From Negaprion brevirostris (Eukaryota), in assembly GCA_030324005.1 (NCBI GenBank), contig JARDVH010000130.1, positions 21,075,772-21,139,771 of the forward strand: DNA of 64,000 nt. The letters run 5' to 3'. The notes below the pieces were generated by a model. That model worked only from the letters and a program-made list of their open reading frames with translations, made no database searches and was not told where the DNA came from. Made by a program: the position numbers and the translations under genes. Below, one piece after another: positions 63,500 to 64,000 of this stretch (the stretch's first letter is position 1; each line of letters opens with the position of its first letter).

Positions 63500-63860
63500 T
63501 GCATTCATCCTTGGCTCCTGATTTAATCAATGCCATAATTGAAATATTCTCATGCAATTTTGCAAATCCTTCATTGTTTTGCAGCTCCCTTTCTCTGTTG
63601 CCAACTTTGGACCCATCACTCTCCAAGATAACTATGCTCCTCTAATTCTAACCTTTTTGGGCATTCCTGATTTCATTGTCTTGGCCAATGAACAAACAGA
63701 AGTATACTGGTGGTGCTGCCTAGAGCCTAAGTTCTGAATTTCCCTCCCCACTCTTTGTTGCTTCAAGCTACTCCTTAAAACCATTGGCCATTTCCTCTAA
63801 TATTGCACTATGGCATTTGCTGTTAGATTTTTTTTGTTAAGGCCCCTATGAAGTATCGTG
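63500..63860 (+). mobile_element. Old L2 LINE 3' remnant
   Basis: CTCTAATTCT...GCATTCCTGATTT...GCTGCCTAGAGCCTAAGTTCTGAATTTCCCTCCC...CTCCTTAAAACC. Confidence 0.65.
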
Positions 63861-63866
63861 AGGCAC

Positions 63867-63997
63867 GGACTGGAATTCTGGTTGTGGCTTGTTGCTGCTG
63901 CCAGTGAGGATGGAGAATTTGGAACTCAGCCAACTCTCAGTTCACTGCAGCAGAACCAAAGAATCCTGGTGGCAGGAGCAGCTGGGGAATCCCATCC
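63867..63997. mobile_element. Short MITE
   Basis: GGACTGGAATTC ... GAATCCCATCC termini; related to 4399-4512 and 8620-8697. Confidence 0.55.
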
Positions 63998-64000
63998 ATT

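Overview
Eukaryotic (vertebrate) genomic DNA, almost certainly from a shark: it is dense in HE1/V-SINEs, CR1 and L2 LINE fragments, a SacSINE/DeuSINE-like fragment, Penelope-like termini and Harbinger-type MITEs. It comes from a linked-read-style draft assembly with 10-N and 100-N gaps, several of them with duplicated flanks. I see no intact protein-coding gene, so the window reads as a gene desert or part of a very long intron. The clearest non-TE feature is a processed ferritin (H/M-type) pseudogene at 2659-3516 with a premature TAG, AATAAA, an A-tail and a perfect 15-bp target-site duplication. There is also a decayed two-gene PIF/Harbinger transposon (DDE nuclease on +, Myb/SANT gene on -, about 14.1-16.1 kb), Penelope-type termini with minimal hammerhead-ribozyme cores, a probable solo LTR, and several repeat-free, TF-motif-rich blocks that look like conserved non-coding elements. 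The most intriguing non-repeat signal is a candidate recursive splice site: a long polypyrimidine tract, then CAG|GTAAG at 52192/52193, then a 94-nt exon with stops in all three frames. All family assignments are from recognition by eye; no database searches were run, and boundaries of old repeats are approximate.
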